Positions 63,301-64,000 of a stretch of 64,000 bases of DNA are shown in pieces. The first letter of the stretch is position 1, and each line of letters begins with the position of its first letter. The stretch is from contig NC_045138.2 in assembly GCF_008831285.2 (NCBI RefSeq), forward strand, positions 20,584,001 to 20,648,000, written 5' to 3'. Origin of the DNA: Nymphaea colorata (taxonomy: Eukaryota). Under the pieces are notes generated by a model. It did not search any database. It saw only the letters and a program-made list of their open reading frames with translations, and had not been told where the DNA came from. The position numbers were made by a program, and so were the translations under genes.

Positions 63301-64000
63301 CTCATCCTCCATTGACAACAAGGTTCTCATTAAACTTGTGCATCCACAACGACCCTTATTTCCAGTGGCTCCCAAAATATTTGGTTGCACATGCTTCGTT
63401 CACATACTTGGACCCACACGTGATAAATTGGGAGCCCAAGCCATTAAGTGTATCTTTATAGGCTACTCCAGAAACCATAAGAGCTACAAATGCTTTGATC
63501 CCTTAACTCAAAAGGAGTATATCAGTGCGGATGTCACATTCTTTGAGTCTCAACCTTATTATAGCTCATCTTCCATCCTTCCTGAGATGCCACCATCACC
63601 AGACCTACTACCTATTCCTCCTATTCCTTTGGAGTCGTTCCCGTTTGAATCTCCTTCTACTGTAGTGTCCAAGTTTCGTGATCCTCCGCTGGTCTACACA
63701 CGTCGACAGGACCCTTCTCATAATCCTTCGCCAACCGTTTCTCAGGAGGTAAGTACATCTGAAGTGCATAGCCCTAGTCATTCTGATCCCTGTCAAGACT
63801 TACCTATTGCTCTTCGCAAAGGCAGGCGGCAATGTACTTTACATCCTATACCTCATTTTGTGTATACTGATGGTGTTCGTAAAAATATGCAACAGTTCAT
63901 TCAAGCTTTGGCTGCTCATACAGTTCCTACGTGTCACCAGCAGGCTTTATTAGACACCCAATGGAGACGGGCTATGCAAGATGAGAAGGATGCCTTAGTG
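60366..64000 (+). mobile_element. Ty1/Copia retrotransposon with a short LTR (Ale-like), inserted antisense in a kinesin intron and truncated by the window end
   Basis: 5' LTR TGTTGAAA...CTGCAACA (60366-60594), PBS TGGTATCAGAAT (60595-60606), gag-pol starting at 61270. Confidence 0.9.
61270..64000 (+). pseudogene. Copia gag-pol, frameshifted near 62850
   Basis: KLDGSNYEIWS, zinc knuckle CTYCGKIGHLEDRC, protease DSG/DTG motif apparently lost (TTWTEASRHF), WHLRFGHPS. A second frame continues with integrase LHVDVWGP, IVDDYSR, IRTDNA, QNGVAERKHR and runs to WRRAMQDE. Confidence 0.85.

Overview
Flowering-plant nuclear DNA: AT-rich, intron-containing genes, many (AT)n/(GA)n microsatellites and nested transposons. 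Host genes are two paralogous 9-exon Asp1/nucellin-like aspartic proteases (+, 22553-25503 and 43524-48367), the intronless RpiB-cupin gene DRT102 (+, 38060-38980) and the 3' part of a kinesin-7 gene (-, 50783 to beyond 59560). Mobile DNA includes a 4.8-kb solo LTR with a perfect CCAAC TSD, a decayed L1 LINE, an internally deleted two-LTR Copia inserted in that LINE, a second Copia in a kinesin intron, and several hAT-type MITEs. The most unusual object is a 6.7-kb PIF/Harbinger element (14756-21445). It carries intact Myb/SANT and DDE transposase genes plus a third ORF encoding an RNase H1 N-terminal / caulimovirus P6 (TAV)-like domain. The three ORFs are co-oriented and appear linked by introns and an overlapping stop-start (ATGATG), which suggests a polycistronic unit. 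Instead of a 3-bp TSD, the element is flanked by a ~0.72-0.75-kb direct duplication with a templated right junction. All calls come from reading the sequence by eye; no database searches were run.
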